64,000 nucleotides of DNA from Camelus ferus. Taxonomy: Eukaryota. The position numbers and the translations under genes are program-made. Under the pieces are notes generated by a model. That model worked only from the letters and a program-made list of their open reading frames with translations. It did not search any database and was not told the DNA's origin. Shown here piece after piece: positions 11,671 to 25,759 of this stretch (its first letter is position 1; the number at the start of each line of letters is the position of its first letter). The DNA lies in contig NC_045697.1 of the NCBI RefSeq assembly GCF_009834535.1, positions 60,266,001-60,330,000 of the forward strand, given 5' to 3'.

Positions 11671-13212
11671 AAAAATACAGGGAATAAGAAAATGAAGGTC
11701 ATATATTTGGTTAGTAAATTAAAACCTTTTGTAAGAGAAAAAAAAGAGTAGCAGCTACTAGTATAAAAGCTGAAATGTAAACCTAGGTTATTCCCCACTC
11801 GAATGACCAAGCCTTTTTCTATTCTATCATGTAATTGAAGTATTGAGACTGGATTCCTTCATAAGAAAGGAGTTCTTAGGACATTAGGCCCCACCTAAGA
11901 TTCCCATAGTACTCATGAAAGAGAGCACTGATCAGAATTCTCTTGGGCAGGGAACTGGAGATCTTTGTATCAGGCCATGAAATCGGGAGAAGAAATTTCA
12001 CAATGGTCTTCTAAGTAGTGTGATTATATAACTTATTACCCACTATAGTATGCAAGGATGAAAGCAGGAGTATTAATAATTATGCCTAGAGAACAGGACA
12101 GAACTACCCTGGCTGTTCCAGACAAACTATAACTAATAGGCACTCTATTGATCATTGAGGGCAGGACTCTGCTGACCTCTAATCGAAGTAAGACTGTACA
12201 AACCTGGGACAAACTGTTTTCCATATTGCAACTTCAGTTTTATTCGTATACAAAGGAATTTGTATTTTTTGTTCTGTTTTATCATCTTTCTGAGATCCTC
12301 TACCTCTCAGAAAAATTGTGATGGAAGGAAGGTTTCTGGGCAAGTGTCAGCAGGATTTACTCTCTTATTCTGTCCTGTGGGAAAAATAAACAAGTGAACA
12401 ATCTTAGAAGCTTATACATAACTTTTCACCAGATATGTCTTATAGAGGTCACAGTGGCACCAGGTGGATTCCGGTTCACAATGCTTGAGTGGAAAATTTC
12501 ATCCTAAAATGTATAATATTAATAACACCAGGATAGTGTCATTACATGGATGACTTCTTTTAAATTTCATGGAACTCTGACTACCATAAGGTCTCAGTGT
12601 ATCAAGAGTGACATGTAATCTCCAAATCTTGATTTGTGGTAGATGCCACCAAGCGTTGCAGGCATGACATCCTGACCAACCTCACCCCTTCCCATCTCCT
12701 ATCTGGTATCATTCTAGGTGTGCAACTGCTCATAGACACAAGGGTTACAGAAATTTGAGAACTGTAATCTTTCTAGATATGGGAATTTAGTTTTAGTAAT
12801 GTAATTCAGGAAACTCATTCATAAATGCAAAACATTACCATGTATAGATCCAAGTACAGATGTATGACACCATAATTGGTGTTAGGTATTATATACAGTC
12901 TCTAAATTGAATTGGAAAGTAAGAAATAAGAGTATATGATGATTCTCACTATCAGTCAACATTCTGTAAGTTGTCAGGGATTCTGTAATTTAACCAATGT
13001 CTTAATTTTCACAAATATTATCTGGATTTAATAGTCATTTAAGTCCTACATGCAAAATAATACATCAGCTGTGCTGTACTCCTTTGGTAACTTAACTTGC
13101 TCTTGCTTCTAACCTGAAAAAAGTACTTACATAAAATTGATAATATTAGTTGCTGCTACATTGATTTTTGATTTGTACTACATCATATTGTGTAATTAAA
13201 CGTAGCCAAACA

Positions 13213-13660
13213 ATTATGCTAAGTAAAATAAAATCAGACAGAGAAAGACAAATACTATATGATCTCATATGTAGAATCTGTGAAAAAGCCAAACTCATAG
13301 AAACAGGGTAGAATGGTAGTTATCAGGGGCTGGAGGCTGGGGAAAATGGGAAGGTGTTGGTCTAAGGAGAGAAATTTCCAGTAATAAGATGAGTAAGTTT
13401 TGAACATCTCATAGTCAGCATGGTGACTATAGTTAACAATACTGTATTGTACACTTCAAAGTTACTAAAAGAGTAAATCTTAAATGTTCTCACCATAAAA
13501 AAAAGGTAATTATATGAGGTGATGAATGTGTTAACTAACTATTGTGGTAATCATTTTGCAATGCATACACAAATCCAATTACACAATGTTATATGTCAAC
13601 TGTATCCCAATAAAACTGGAAAAGTAGTAAATAAAATAGAAAAAAATAAAATAAAATAGA
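13213..13660 (+). mobile_element. L1 3' UTR (L1MA9-like) with A-rich tail
   Basis: attatgctaagtaaaata...cagagaaagacaaatact...cagcatggtgactatagttaacaatactgtattgta...aatcttaaatgttctcacca...aataaaactgg. Confidence 0.92.
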
Positions 13661-15059
13661 CATTAATATATATTTTAAGAAGCAAATGTGAAATGTTTTT
13701 ATATGCCTTTAATATTTAAGAATACAAAATTACTTTTGAGTATATAAATTGCTAATTGAGCTCCTTATCGGATTCAAAAAAATCTGGGTTAGGCAGTAGC
13801 AAATATAAAAATATATGCAATCAAGGATTTATCTTTTATGTAGGTATTAATAGTAAGAACTGCATAGATTTGGGATCAAACATCATTTGAAATAATACTT
13901 TAATATATAACCAACAAAGTAAACATTGTTTATTTTGGAAGCCCCGAATAAATCCAACTTCAGTTATGATCCAAGCATGCATTTGCATAGTCAAGGATAA
14001 AAACAATCAGATGAATTACACCAAAAATACTTTTGTCAGAAATACCAGAAAAAATAAGGTGTGTAGTTTGCTACCTGAATATTATCATCTGTAAAATTTA
14101 TATAGTTTTGATACTAACAGCATAGCTTAAAAAACGTGATGATATAAAGCTGGGGGGGAAATTAATCAAAAATATAAAACTCCCTGTGTTGTAGACTAAC
14201 TTTTAATTTAAGAAATTTAAAGACAGATTTCTGGGTTGCAGACAAATTTTTATCTGTATATTGAGCAATCAAACCAACCCCTTACATAAAGAAGATAGAT
14301 TTATTAACTGTGAGTAGTAGACCAAAGAAAAAGGTTTACCAACCACTCATTGACTTCCCCTCACTCTTGTTTACAGTGTGAGACACTCACAGAGCCCTTG
14401 AATACCACCTAAGCCTGTAGATGGCATTAACGACTCTATCTGTATTAGTGGTTCCCCTTGAAATAGAGGAATTTTGAATCATGCCCAAGGTTACCAAGAT
14501 GTGTGCAGAAACAAAATAGGGTACCAGGGAAAGGACGCACCAGCCTGTATCTCAGTTCTTGGATGGTGTTCCCTCTCCTCTACCATCTACAAAAGCAGTG
14601 GCTCTTCTCCACTTGGTCTACCCCAGCGTGAACAGAGCAGCTTGCTCCTCCTTGCATCATGTTCACAGATGACTCATTCAGAGGAACTGGTGTCTAGCTA
14701 TTACTGTCTTAGCTGTTCCATCTCACTTCGGAAAACAAAGTTTAACGAATACTGGGATGGAAAATATGCCTGTAAACTAGTCTCATACAACTTTATTGCT
14801 GATACATTTACTCAGAGCAGTACCTTCCTAGGCAAATGATGTTTTATGATGAACACTTTTTTCTTTAGCATGAAGTAATTATTTTTTAAAAGTCTGCCTA
14901 TTTTCCCATCGAGAGGCTCCCACTTGCTCTCCTTTCTTCTCTTCCAAAAGCAACATACTGTAATCAAACATTGAGAAATCTTGTGCACACCAAAGGATGC
15001 TTTATGGGCATAGAAAACTCTTCTGGCAATGATTAGGTTGGAATGGAATAATAACAGAC

Positions 15060-15268
15060 ATAAATTTGGAGTTGGAAACCTATAGTTTTAGATCTTGACT
15101 TTACCACTTACTAGCTAATTGAGTATGTGGAAAGGATTTAGTCTTTGAGTCTCTTTATCCTCTTTTGTAAAATTTGAACAGTAATATCTACTCTGAAGAG
15201 AATTACCAATAACACATATAAAGTAATATGGGGACTTAGTAAATGATCAATAAATGTAACTATCTTAT
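15060..15268 (+). mobile_element. MIR SINE
   Basis: ctttaccacttactagct...tcctcttttgtaaaat...tagtaaatgatcaataaatgtaactat. Confidence 0.7.
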
Positions 15269-15299
15269 TACTTTAACTTTTCAATAATGTGACATAATT

Positions 15300-15487
15300 A
15301 TTTTTGTAGTGTATGGAAGTATCAAATCACTATGCTGTGCACCAGGAACTAACACAGTGTTGTATGTCACTTATATTTCAGAAAACAAACTCATAGAAAA
15401 TGAGGTCAGACTTATGGTTATCAGAGGAATAGGATGAAAGGTGGTCAGACTTTCAGTTTTAAGGTAAATAAGTACTAGGAATGTAAA
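15300..15487 (+). mobile_element. L1 3' UTR fragment (laurasiatherian type)
   Basis: aaatcactatgctgtgcaccaggaactaacacagtgttgtatgtca followed by aacaaactcatagaaaatgaggtcagacttatggtta. Confidence 0.75.
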
Positions 15488-17564
15488 CTTTTTCTTTTTC
15501 TTTTATTTTGTATCTAAGGACAGTAGTGCTAACTAATTAGGATGAATGAAATAGTATTGTTTGATTTATATGTTCATAAAATCTACAGCACAATTAGTGA
15601 CATATATACTAATCACATAGGATGTGGGTAGAAAGTATCACTTAGAGCCACACTTTTTTTATTCAGAGACACTTTATTCTTGCTAAAGAATCTCCTTTTC
15701 TGCTATTATTATTGCTCAGTTCTCTAATGCCTTGTGTCTAGTCTCTAGGGTGCAATTCTCATAGTAAATTAATACCCAAACCTATGGATTCTAAATGTGG
15801 TAGCTGCTGTCTATTTGGATCAGTTTTAACACTTCTGATAAAATGAAAGAGACATTTGAAAAGGTACTAGTTACATATTATGTGTTCTTCCTATAAGATA
15901 TAGTACAATCTTAGCACTCACTGTAGGAAGCACGGAGACAGCATTAAAGTCAGCTATAAACCATATATTAGGCATTAGACAAAATATAACTTCTATATAA
16001 AAGTTGAGTTTCAATATTATTTTATATTGCGTGGCTACTATTTTCCAGGCATCTTTGTAACCATTGATTGTTTGGTTCACAAGCTAATATATACTTAGAA
16101 ATTTAAAATGAGAAAGCATACAAAAAATAGAAGTATGTCCATGTTACATAGTATCTGTTGAGACATTGCCTTCTTTGCTCTGAGAATTAGAGCCCATTAT
16201 TCAGGTAACAAAGAGAGGGCAGATGTCCCATCCTAGGAATTTAAAACTCAGTGTCAACTTAGGTGCATATCTGTGTACATCTGTGTCTATGTGTAGGATG
16301 CCCTATTGGAAACAATGGGAAAATCTCTGAAATTTGTGGGAATGTTAACATTCCATGTGTTGGCATTCATCCCCTTCTTCCTTACACACACACGTGTACA
16401 CGCACATATACTAAGACACATACAAACTTATTTATACATTTATTTGTATATTTAAATATTTACTTAAATATATATTAAATATGTGTATTTATACTTAGTT
16501 AAATATATTATTCACACATACAAACAATCACACATATATATGTGCATATTCCAAAGCATAATTTTTATTGGCTAGGGAACTCATTGAACTTCATCCTTTT
16601 GCAAATGTGTACTTCCTCTTGAACGAACATTTCATGTGTTCCCCAGAATATTGGACTACTAGGACAAGGCTAATTAAAGTTTGACTACAAATAGACAAGG
16701 TTGAGTTAGATAAGGCTCCAGGAAGTCATCTCATATAAATTTTAAACCAATTGAAAAAAAGAAATATAAACACGTCCCAGCTTTTCCAGATAGTGAGGCA
16801 GTCTGATGGTGATATAGCCCTTCTCTGTTGGTTACCATAGTGACCTGATCTGAAAGAACAAGAATTTCACTATCATGGATTCAGCAGCAGCAAGAGAACC
16901 TCCTTGTCATTTTCCTTTACCCATCATCACATTCTTCCCCTTCCTTAGAGGATTTGAAGTGGATTTTGGAATGATAAGTGTGGAACTAACTTGAAATTGG
17001 AGATGAATGTTTCTATTAACATTTTCAGATCTGGATCTATTCCTAATGAGGAACCAATGATTAAAGTGGTCATGCACACCTTTCTTGAGGAAACCACTTA
17101 GTTTAGTCCATGATATAAGCACTAAAGTTGCGAAAAAGTTTTCAAAATGTGTAACAAGGGATATTTCTTATGGAAAAACATCAATGTTTCCTTAACAGTC
17201 ATGTTCTAAGTCACTAGACAGGCCTCTCATATGTTTGGACTCAGGTACACAATTAGGAATCATTGGACCAAGTCATTAACTTTACTTCAGACCTGTACAC
17301 GTGTTGATAGCAGACAGTATAACTTGATACAGGACAGATTGTAAGACACTAAAAAGGAATTTTTTTTTAAGAGAAAATCAACTTAGGAGAAAGATAAATT
17401 TTGTTGTGTAAGATAGACTCAACATTGGATATTGAGTGTTGGGATGAAGAATTACAGTTTTGTACCTTTTGCTTCTCCCTGGAGCAGCCATTCATCCTGG
17501 GCAGTAAAAAGCTGTATCAGAAGAGGACTCTTTCTCTTTGAATATGGCTCCACATTTAACCCAG

Positions 17565-17998
17565 TGTTCTTAGATGCTGAGACAGAGCTGACATGTTCAC
17601 TTATTTAGGGTAAGCAGCCTCCAAAGATCCAGAATGAGGGAAGAAGGAAAAGTGAGACAGAGAAGGGAGAAAGAAAATCGAAATTTTTGTCTTATCAAGC
17701 TGATTTGATGGTCACAGGAAACATAGCTGGTTGCTCAATCATACTGGGTATCTTCAGGAAAAGTAAATAAATTCCCTACCTCTCAAAAGAGTCTACATGG
17801 GGAAGAAAAAGCAACCAATTTATGCACTAACTTCTCCATTTTCTCTTTAATTGATCAAAGGTCACCCAACAGAGCATTTACTCAACCACACAATCAGGAT
17901 GTGGCTTACATCTGGGAGAGCCACAGCCTCTGATCTCTCAGGGCATCTGGCCTGAGGGCTGAGGTTGGTGTGTCTCCTGCTACAACAGGTGCAGTACA
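17565..17998 (-). mobile_element. ERV-L LTR (LTR33/LTR16-like), 3' LTR of the adjacent remnant
   Basis: ctgagacagag...ggaaaagtgagacagagaagggaga...atttatgcactaact...attgatcaaaggtcaccc pattern; abuts the dUTPase end of the internal region; boundaries approximate. Confidence 0.6.
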
Positions 17999-17999
17999 C

Positions 18000-20795
18000 T
18001 TCTGTCCTAAGCTTTTATTTGACTTCTGAAGGAGTCTGAACATTCAAGACATGATCACTTGTAATTTCCTAAAAACTCTTAGAGAAGTTTAGCAAAACAC
18101 TTGACAGTCACTGCTTCTGCAGCAGGTCCTAGGACAGTATTTGACATTGCTCATCAATCTCCTGCACCAACCATTCTAGATTTTACTAGGATGAGCCAGA
18201 CCTTTATCATGAGATATGTGAGGATGTATTTGCCTTGTTGCTGCAGTTGCTCATTCACAGTGATTGCATGGAAGAAAAATTCTAAGAGATAATGTAATGA
18301 ACTCCTGTGTTGCAAACATACCTCCCTTTCTCCTATGTATTCACAACCACATCTTTTCATAGTTGTCAGGGTTGATTACAACAGTCAACAGAGAAATTCT
18401 TTTTCTGCCACCTGGCTTTTTTGGCATGAAGAGTCCAAAGTGGGCTGTTGGTAAATACAGCCTCCAGTTAGGTGAAATATTATCCTGTACTCTGATAGGA
18501 GGGTTGAACTCTTTGTAATATGGACTTCAAATCCAGAGTGTACGTTTGCAGAGGTAGGAAGCACAGATTCCACAATTAGGTGCATAATAAGTGATGATAA
18601 GAAGAGTCCATCCAGTTTCATCCTTTGATTCCTAGATCTGTAAGCTTTGAGCATTAAGAAGATCGTATACTATATTCTTTGTTTTGACATTATCCTAATC
18701 TTCCAAAGTGATCTGTCCAAGCTTCAGATTCTGCATAGGTTAGCCTTTAGTAGACCCTTCCAATGCTCTATTAATCCAGCTGCTTCCAGGCTAAGAGATG
18801 CATGTTATATGATATAATCCCATAGTTTTGGGCCCATTGATCCACTCCTGTGTTATAATTGTATCTCTTGGTTCAAGGTCATATGTAGAACACCATTTTG
18901 ATCAGGTGTTCTGAATACTTTTGACAAAAGACATTGATAAACTCACTATGGACAGAGAAGATATCCTAATATCCAGGTTACATGTTGATTCTGTTAAGGA
19001 TAAATCAACTCCCCTTGTAAATGAAAAGTATGAAATTTTAACTGACTACTACCTAGTGCATGGCTGCTCTTTCCAAAATATATATCTGTCTCAAGAGCTC
19101 AGCATTGGCTTCTACTACTAGCAGATTGACAATGCCACGAGCTTGACCAGCTGTGGTGAGATAGCCTGTGCCGTTGACTGTGGCCCCATCCCTACTGCCA
19201 TTTCTACTCTCTTTGTGGGTTCGTGCCTACTCCAGGGTAAAGTAAAGAGAGAAGCTGGCAATGCCACAGGTTGAGTAATCCTATCCATTTGGTTTTTGAG
19301 AATCTCTCTGTGTGGGATGATCTCTGATGGGCATTATATGAGAAACATAAAGATCCACATGTCCAGTCCCATAGGTTCATTCACATAATCTTGCCCAAGG
19401 GCCAGACCTCAGATCAGCCAGCCAAGTTATTCCTCATCTCCCCAACATCACAACAGATCCTTATCTTAGCTTCCTTGTCCCTTCATGTTATGTGAACAAA
19501 CAAATGTTCTACTAGCAGCTCTGGTGATTGGATTTATTTACCTTCACCTCTGTTCTCATGACCAACTTAAGTGGGGGCAGTAATGTAGCAGATATTTTTG
19601 TCCCACTTTCTCCCACATTTCATAACAACCTTTCTATAAAGACTCATATCTTTCTTCTGTAAGTTGATTGTTGGGATATTCCCATGAAGCTGCATGTGTG
19701 GGGCATTGTTACCAAAGACATTAGTGACATGAATATGAGAGAACATAGTTGGAGAACAATGAATATGAGCAGTTTATGATGATAAGACAACTGCCCTTTC
19801 ATGTCTTCTGCACCTGATCAGGCTAGTTTCTGATTGCACCAAATCCATCATGCAGCAGATTGCTGCTGTGTCTGGCTAACTTTATGCATTGAAGAAATGA
19901 ATGACACATAGCTCACGATGACTAGTCATGGCCACCTTGCTAACCAGTGTGTTACTATCAGGGGCTCATTCTCCACATGGATGCCAATACCTTCTTGTAG
20001 AAAAGAAAATGATTCTCTTCTCAGGAGAAAATCACCTTGTTTCAGAACCCCCGGGGTCTATTCGGTGGCATTCCTGACTCCACAGGCCATGGATACTTAT
20101 CATGGATACCTCTAGCAAGACTGAATCTATTGACTTAAATCCCAAGTGGGCTAACAGCTCTGCAACAGCCTGAATATTCTTAAGAGATATCTTGTGCCGG
20201 GCCTTACTTCAAACTGGACAAATGTTGAAGTCACCCAAAAAACGAGGTGGTAGAATATAATAAAATCCCAAGTGCTGTGCCTCTTTCTCAGTGACAGGAG
20301 CTGCAAGGTACAGCCACTTGTCTTACACCTTAAGAGGAGTATGGTAGTGTATCCTACACCACTAGGTTCCTAAAAAGTTCACAGGCCCTTGTGCCCTTAA
20401 CCTTCTGTCTTGCCTGTGTCTTTCTATGAAGATGACAGAGTTTTCCACTTTCTGCTAAACAAGTCCACTTAGTATTATTCATTAATATAACAAGCCAGCA
20501 TAATGTTCTGTCAAACAACAAGAAGTTCAGGACAATATAATTACAGACAGCAAGAGAGTGAACACAGACATTTGTTACACTGCTTTTCTTGCCATGTGAC
20601 TGCAAACTGCTTTCACTCACATCTCCTAATGAGAATTGAGAAAGAAAGTTTTCCACGTATAAATAGTCTCATGCCAAGTGCCAAAGTTTATATAGATCAG
20701 TTCTAATAACAATACCGTATTTAACACAATGAGTATAATTGGGGCCACCGCCTGAGTATGTTTACACATTATTCACTATGATTCATTTCTGTGGC
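18000..20795 (-). mobile_element. ERV-L internal remnant A: decayed pol (RT-RNaseH-integrase) and dUTPase; gag/pro and 5' LTR absent
   Basis: Minus-strand translations: ISPNWRLYLPTAHFGLFMP...TVVINPD (dUTPase, about 18350-18480); EAAGLIEHWKGLLKA (integrase, about 18740-18790); IFMFLI/SHINAHQR-like RNase H (about 19320-19400); NFLGT*WC...KV*DKWLYLAAPVTEKEAQHLG and QNIMLACYINE (RT with YIDD decayed, about 20270-20510); many stops and frameshifts. Confidence 0.9.
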
Positions 20796-22744
20796 TATTC
20801 TTTCAGTTTGTTTGTTTGTTTTTTCCCTTGAAAATGCCGGATGAGAAAATTGAATCATGATGCTGTGTCGACACCTGTTCAAATTAGTGTTCATGTTGAT
20901 AATCTTAGAATACTTCCAGGGTTTCTGTATCACTTCAGTTTTACTATAAAGAAAGGAGAAGTTGTGGCTATCATTGCTCACTCCCACAGTAAGCAAGTGG
21001 AAAAGCCTCGTGATCTCTCAAACATTTGGCTTTTAACTCTATCTCACCACAAGTAAATGTAGTTGAAAACTTTGGTAATTGTGATGTCATGCACGTCAGG
21101 GATTTTCACCTCCACAGTTAACACAAGCTTCATAGCAAAATTTACCTGGATGTTTGGAGGAAGACAGCTTTCCATACATAGCAGAATGTCAGTGACCCAT
21201 TGCTAAAAAGTGTATGCTGATTTACTTTGTCTTACCAGAGAACCTTTTCCCACAAGAAGAGATTGATAGGAATTGAAACAGTAAGGGTGTATAAAAAGAC
21301 TTTACAATTCTACAAATTTAAAAGCACACATTTAAAGCCAGAATTTTTCTTAGTATTCTCTATAGACACTCTAGAGCCCCAGACAACCCCTCTGAGGCTG
21401 TGGAGGGAAGTGCTAGGGGCAGGAGTAAACAGGCTCTCAGATATCCAATCACGTTTTGAAATGTAGCAGCTTCGGTGTATCTGCATTGAACATCAGATAG
21501 TCTAACATTTCATCTAAAAGAAAACGTGTTTTTTAAACCACTGATCTGATCCAACCTTTTGATGTTCACTTTGGGCAATAATACATGTATTCCAATCCAG
21601 CTTTCAAAGCTTATATACCATAAAACTGTAATAGATCCAATATTATCACTATTAAATATTGCCTTTAAAAAAAGCTATAGTGTTTACCACTACTTCTTTA
21701 TCTATATCTTTTGGGGAAAAAAATAAAACTAACCAGTTAAACCAATAATCCTAAATTCCTGGGATGTCGTTGCTGTTTCCTGTGTTTCAGGCAATATCCT
21801 ACTAGTGAGGTAAAAGTTCTGGTTATGTGCTTTTCATATTTTAGTATATCTCATAGCTCATTTTTCCTCTGATCATTTGAAAATGTGTGAAACCAAGTTT
21901 CACAATATATAAAACACTTTTTTTGCTTTCCAATAAAATCAATACTGTATTTTTAATGCTTTTAAGGTAAAAAGTTATAAATGATAAATGATCAGGTATG
22001 TTTCATTGTAATCCATCTGATAACATAAAAGCTTGTTTTGGATAGGAAGACCAAACTGAAGTAAGCCATGGATATAATAATTATGTTTACATGCCTTTGC
22101 ATATACTACACACATTTCCACAACTCAGTGAGATATTCTCTGGTCAAAGATATGCATTAAGGGTCTCTATAAAACTAAGCAAAATGTAAATAATGTTGAA
22201 TGTAAATTTGCAAGACTGACAGATCAGTTTAGAATGATATGTCACTGAATTAACCGTGGGACAGGAGAGAGAATATCTAAGTTAGATAGACAGTGAAGCA
22301 AGTAACCAACTCCAAATCTAGGATGAAAATAAGTAGAATTGAAAACTGCAGGAACAAAACTGAAATAGACAGAACAACAAATGGAATCTGACATTATGAC
22401 TTTACATGGCCCAGATGTCTGTGATTGGAAGTTATCAAAAGATATCTATATCTATTTAAAGTCTGAGTGAAAAATAAAATGGCTAAGCTTGGAATTGCTG
22501 GAAAGCAAATAATTTGAAAACAAAACAGTTAATATAGCCAAGTGTTATGGTGATTTGCTATTGTCTCTCAAAATCTGCTCCTAGTAGAAATGTTGAGAGG
22601 AAAATAACTGAAATAAAAGTCCAATGGCACTTAAAATTTCAGTTTTAACTTTATGATCTTGGGTGAGTCACAAATTCTCTGATCTTAGAGCTCTTTGTAT
22701 TAAGATAAAGGTGTTGGGGAAATGGTGCAGGTCTGTTCTAAGAC

Positions 22745-22930
22745 TGCTCAGTTGGATTCCAGCTTTACCATTTAATAAGAGTATCTTAATCTTTCTCTGC
22801 CTCAGTGTCCTTATGCATCAGTTGTGGCTAATAAAAGTATCTACCTCATATGGTAATTATAAGGGAAAAGAATGAAATAATGCATGAAGAGCATTTTCCA
22901 TTATTGGAAAGCATTCAATATATGTCAGTA
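22745..22930 (+). mobile_element. MIR SINE
   Basis: ttccagctttaccattta...ctctgcctcagtgtcctt...tatctacctcata...tgaaataatgcatg. Confidence 0.75.
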
Positions 22931-23080
22931 AAGGTTGATTTCCCAAGAAGCTAATACAACTTAAGCTTCAGGATCTTTATTTCCTGGGGTTCCTTCCAAT
23001 ATCCTATAGCTGATTTTGAATTAAAATTTTGTATAATTTTAAAGTGCACCCCAAACATTGAATAATCCTTAAAATCTCAA
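22930..23080. mobile_element. MER53-like hAT relic
   Basis: gaagctaatacaacttaagcttcagg...ccttccaa matches the recalled MER53 start. Confidence 0.55.
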
Positions 23081-24013
23081 GTGAAAAAGAAACAATGATA
23101 ACCTTTTTTTAAACATGTTTTAAAATTAATGTCTAGAACAGTTATTGATTCAATTAATTACAAAATAATATTTAGTGATCTTAAGTTTGGGATAGCTGAA
23201 AAGTAATCAAATTTACCATCTTTAAAATGGACCTAGCATAGAGTATAGGGTTTGTAAAATTATGTCATTATAAAACTGATGCTAATTTTAAGGATATCAC
23301 TGCCTATTTTAAAGGAACTTGATGAGTTGACAAAGACATCGGGTTAGCATAGCAACATGAGTACATTTTTTTCTTTTCAGACACTAGGTTGTGGTTACTA
23401 TTGGGAAACTACAAGAGAATTCTCATCTGTGCTGGGTAGTAAAAAAATAAGTCACGTTGTTTTAACGGGCTACATTTCTGAGGAGAAAGGAAAAAATTGT
23501 ATTCATCCTTGAGTTTAAGGCTAACAATTCTGTCCATCTCTTACTCCCGAATTACAGGGAGTTTAGCGTGATGAAAGATAAAAGTAAGCTTCTTATGCTC
23601 TTAAATTCCTTCTCTTCTCCCACCTGAAACTGTCTTAGAGCAGAATTCAGAAACCTTAGTTCTCCAGGGAAATTAAACATGATATTGTTCAGATAAAGAA
23701 ACTCAATGGAGCATACAGAGCGAAAGGCAAATCCAGGAGATACCTAGGTGGGGCAGGATGGCCAGAGTGCAGACTGTGATAGAAAAGGTTCCAGTTCCAT
23801 CCTCCCTACTTCCTGGAGATAGGACCACGGTAAGGACTTAACCTCCCGGAGCCTCAGAGGTTTTTTTTTTTTTTTCCAATTTGTCAAAAAGTGATGTTTC
23901 CTACAATTCCTATCTCAGAGAATTTACTGTCACTATCACCAGAGAGTATGAGCCACACCATTTTATTATGAGAATCTCTACAAATAAAAGATGAAATAAT
24001 TACTCTAGAACAG

Positions 24014-24077
24014 TTTTTTTTTTAATTTTAATTTTTTGATTTACAATGTTGTATTAGTTTCTGGTGTACATCATAGT
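24014..24077 (-). mobile_element. L1 extreme 3' tail
   Basis: Poly-T then ttgatttacaatgttgtattagtttctggtgtaca. Confidence 0.8.
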
Positions 24078-24249
24078 TTAAAGCTTACCTCTTAATAAAT
24101 GATATTGACAGAGGCTTATTTTTTCAAAATACCATTGGAAAAAAATCTCTTTTCACTTTTAAATACTCACTGTAATATAATTTGAACGCTAGATATAGTG
24201 GATAATTTCATAAAATGAGTTCATTGTACATTTATTGCCCAAGTTATTT

Positions 24250-24428
24250 AATTGGTAGTGGCTCTGCCATTAGCTGTGTGATCTTGAGGAAGTTATTTAA
24301 AATACCTGTTCTTACCATCCTTTATCTTGAAAACCAGGTTAATAATAGTGGTAGATGTGCAGAATAGATTTCTAAATTTTAGAAGGTGCCTGTCATGTGG
24401 TAAAAACATGAAATTTTATGCTGTTATT
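24250..24428 (+). mobile_element. MIR SINE
   Basis: ggctctgccattagctgtgtgatcttgaggaagttattta...gtgcctgtcatgtggtaa. Confidence 0.65.
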
Positions 24429-25301
24429 ATGCTATACTGTAATGCCAAGGGTTCTGTTTAATGCACAGACAAAATTTAACCAATAATGAAAAAAAAAGAA
24501 CATAAATATCCACAATTTCAGTATCCCAACAAAGTGGGATATTTCCACTTTTTCATGTTTTTTCAGTTCTTGTTTATATCCTGTAGAATTTTAATAGTAT
24601 TACAGTTAAATATTTTAGAATTGTTATATAACTTAACATTATATTATAAATATTTTCTGTATTTCCTCCTAATATCCATATCTATATTTAATGGATATAA
24701 CATTTCATCCAGGATAATACAATCAAATTATTTCATCATTGAATCATTGAAAATCAATTTATATATGTATTGAGATTACATAGTGTGGAAAACAAAAAAA
24801 AAATCCTCAATGAATGTTAACCATTAATTTTATTTTATTATTGTCATTAATAATACATTGTACTTATTAAAATAATGTTTTATTTTTTCTTTCTTCATAT
24901 GCTTTTACTGCTTCATTTGCTTGCCTTAATATAAATTTATAAGACTGTGACTATTGTGTCAAATAATAAGAACATTTAATTGAAATAACATTGAAATAAC
25001 ATAAGAACATTTTCTTGAAATAACATTGAAAATGGTTATGATGGAAAAGTGATTAGATTCCAAATGACTTGGTAATAATTGAACTGGAGGCCAAAAGTTA
25101 AGAATCATTCCTAGATATAGTGGAAAGTGAGCTGGCCTTAGATTCAGAGAGACTTTGAACCACTTTTTGTGTCCTAGATAAATGTGCTGACCTCTGAAGC
25201 CCCAGTTTTCAGAATTGACATGATGGTGATGATGGTATTCCCCTTATATGATTATTGTTAATGTGACAGAGAATGTTTTATGTGTCCAGTCCATTCCAGA
25301 C

Positions 25302-25759
25302 TGTGTTAATTTGAGATCTCCTAAAACCAGACACCAGAATGGGATACGACTTATAAGAAGTGCATGGGGAAACACATTGGTAAAGGATAAAGGAAAGTGA
25401 GATAAAAGAGAAAGATTTTGAAGACTGTGATGGTGTCTAACACATATGCACATATCGGTGTTAGGGAAGAAAACAGAATTGAATAGAAAGAATCTCAGAC
25501 TGCAGTGCAGTTTCAAGAAATCTTCAGCCAGGGTGACAGTAGTCCTGGAGCCAAAGTTTTTCTGTAGAGGAGTCCATGACTTGCAGGAATAGACTTGCAT
25601 TAGCACCTCCAGAGTACTCAGTCAGTATGTGGGAGAAACCTATGAGAGTTGTGGTCTTGGCACAAACATGATGAATCCAGAGGGGCAGTAGCTTGGACGT
25701 CAGTCAAGCCTGCTATCTACAACAGAAGATTTGAATTGCATATTTTCACAGCTGCCACT
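25302..25759 (-). mobile_element. LTR16-like ERV-L LTR (3' LTR of remnant B)
   Basis: Minus strand begins gtggcagctgtgaaaatatgcaattcaaatct; shares gaaagaatctcagactgcagt and atccagaggggcag blocks with the LTR at 30601-31032. Confidence 0.85.

Noticed and set aside
20841..21056. ORF with FSFTIKKGEVVAII, resembling the strand before an ABC-ATPase Walker A motif
   Set aside because: The GxxGxGKS motif is absent (AHSHSKQ) and no other ABC motifs are nearby; most likely chance. A BLASTX hit would overturn this.
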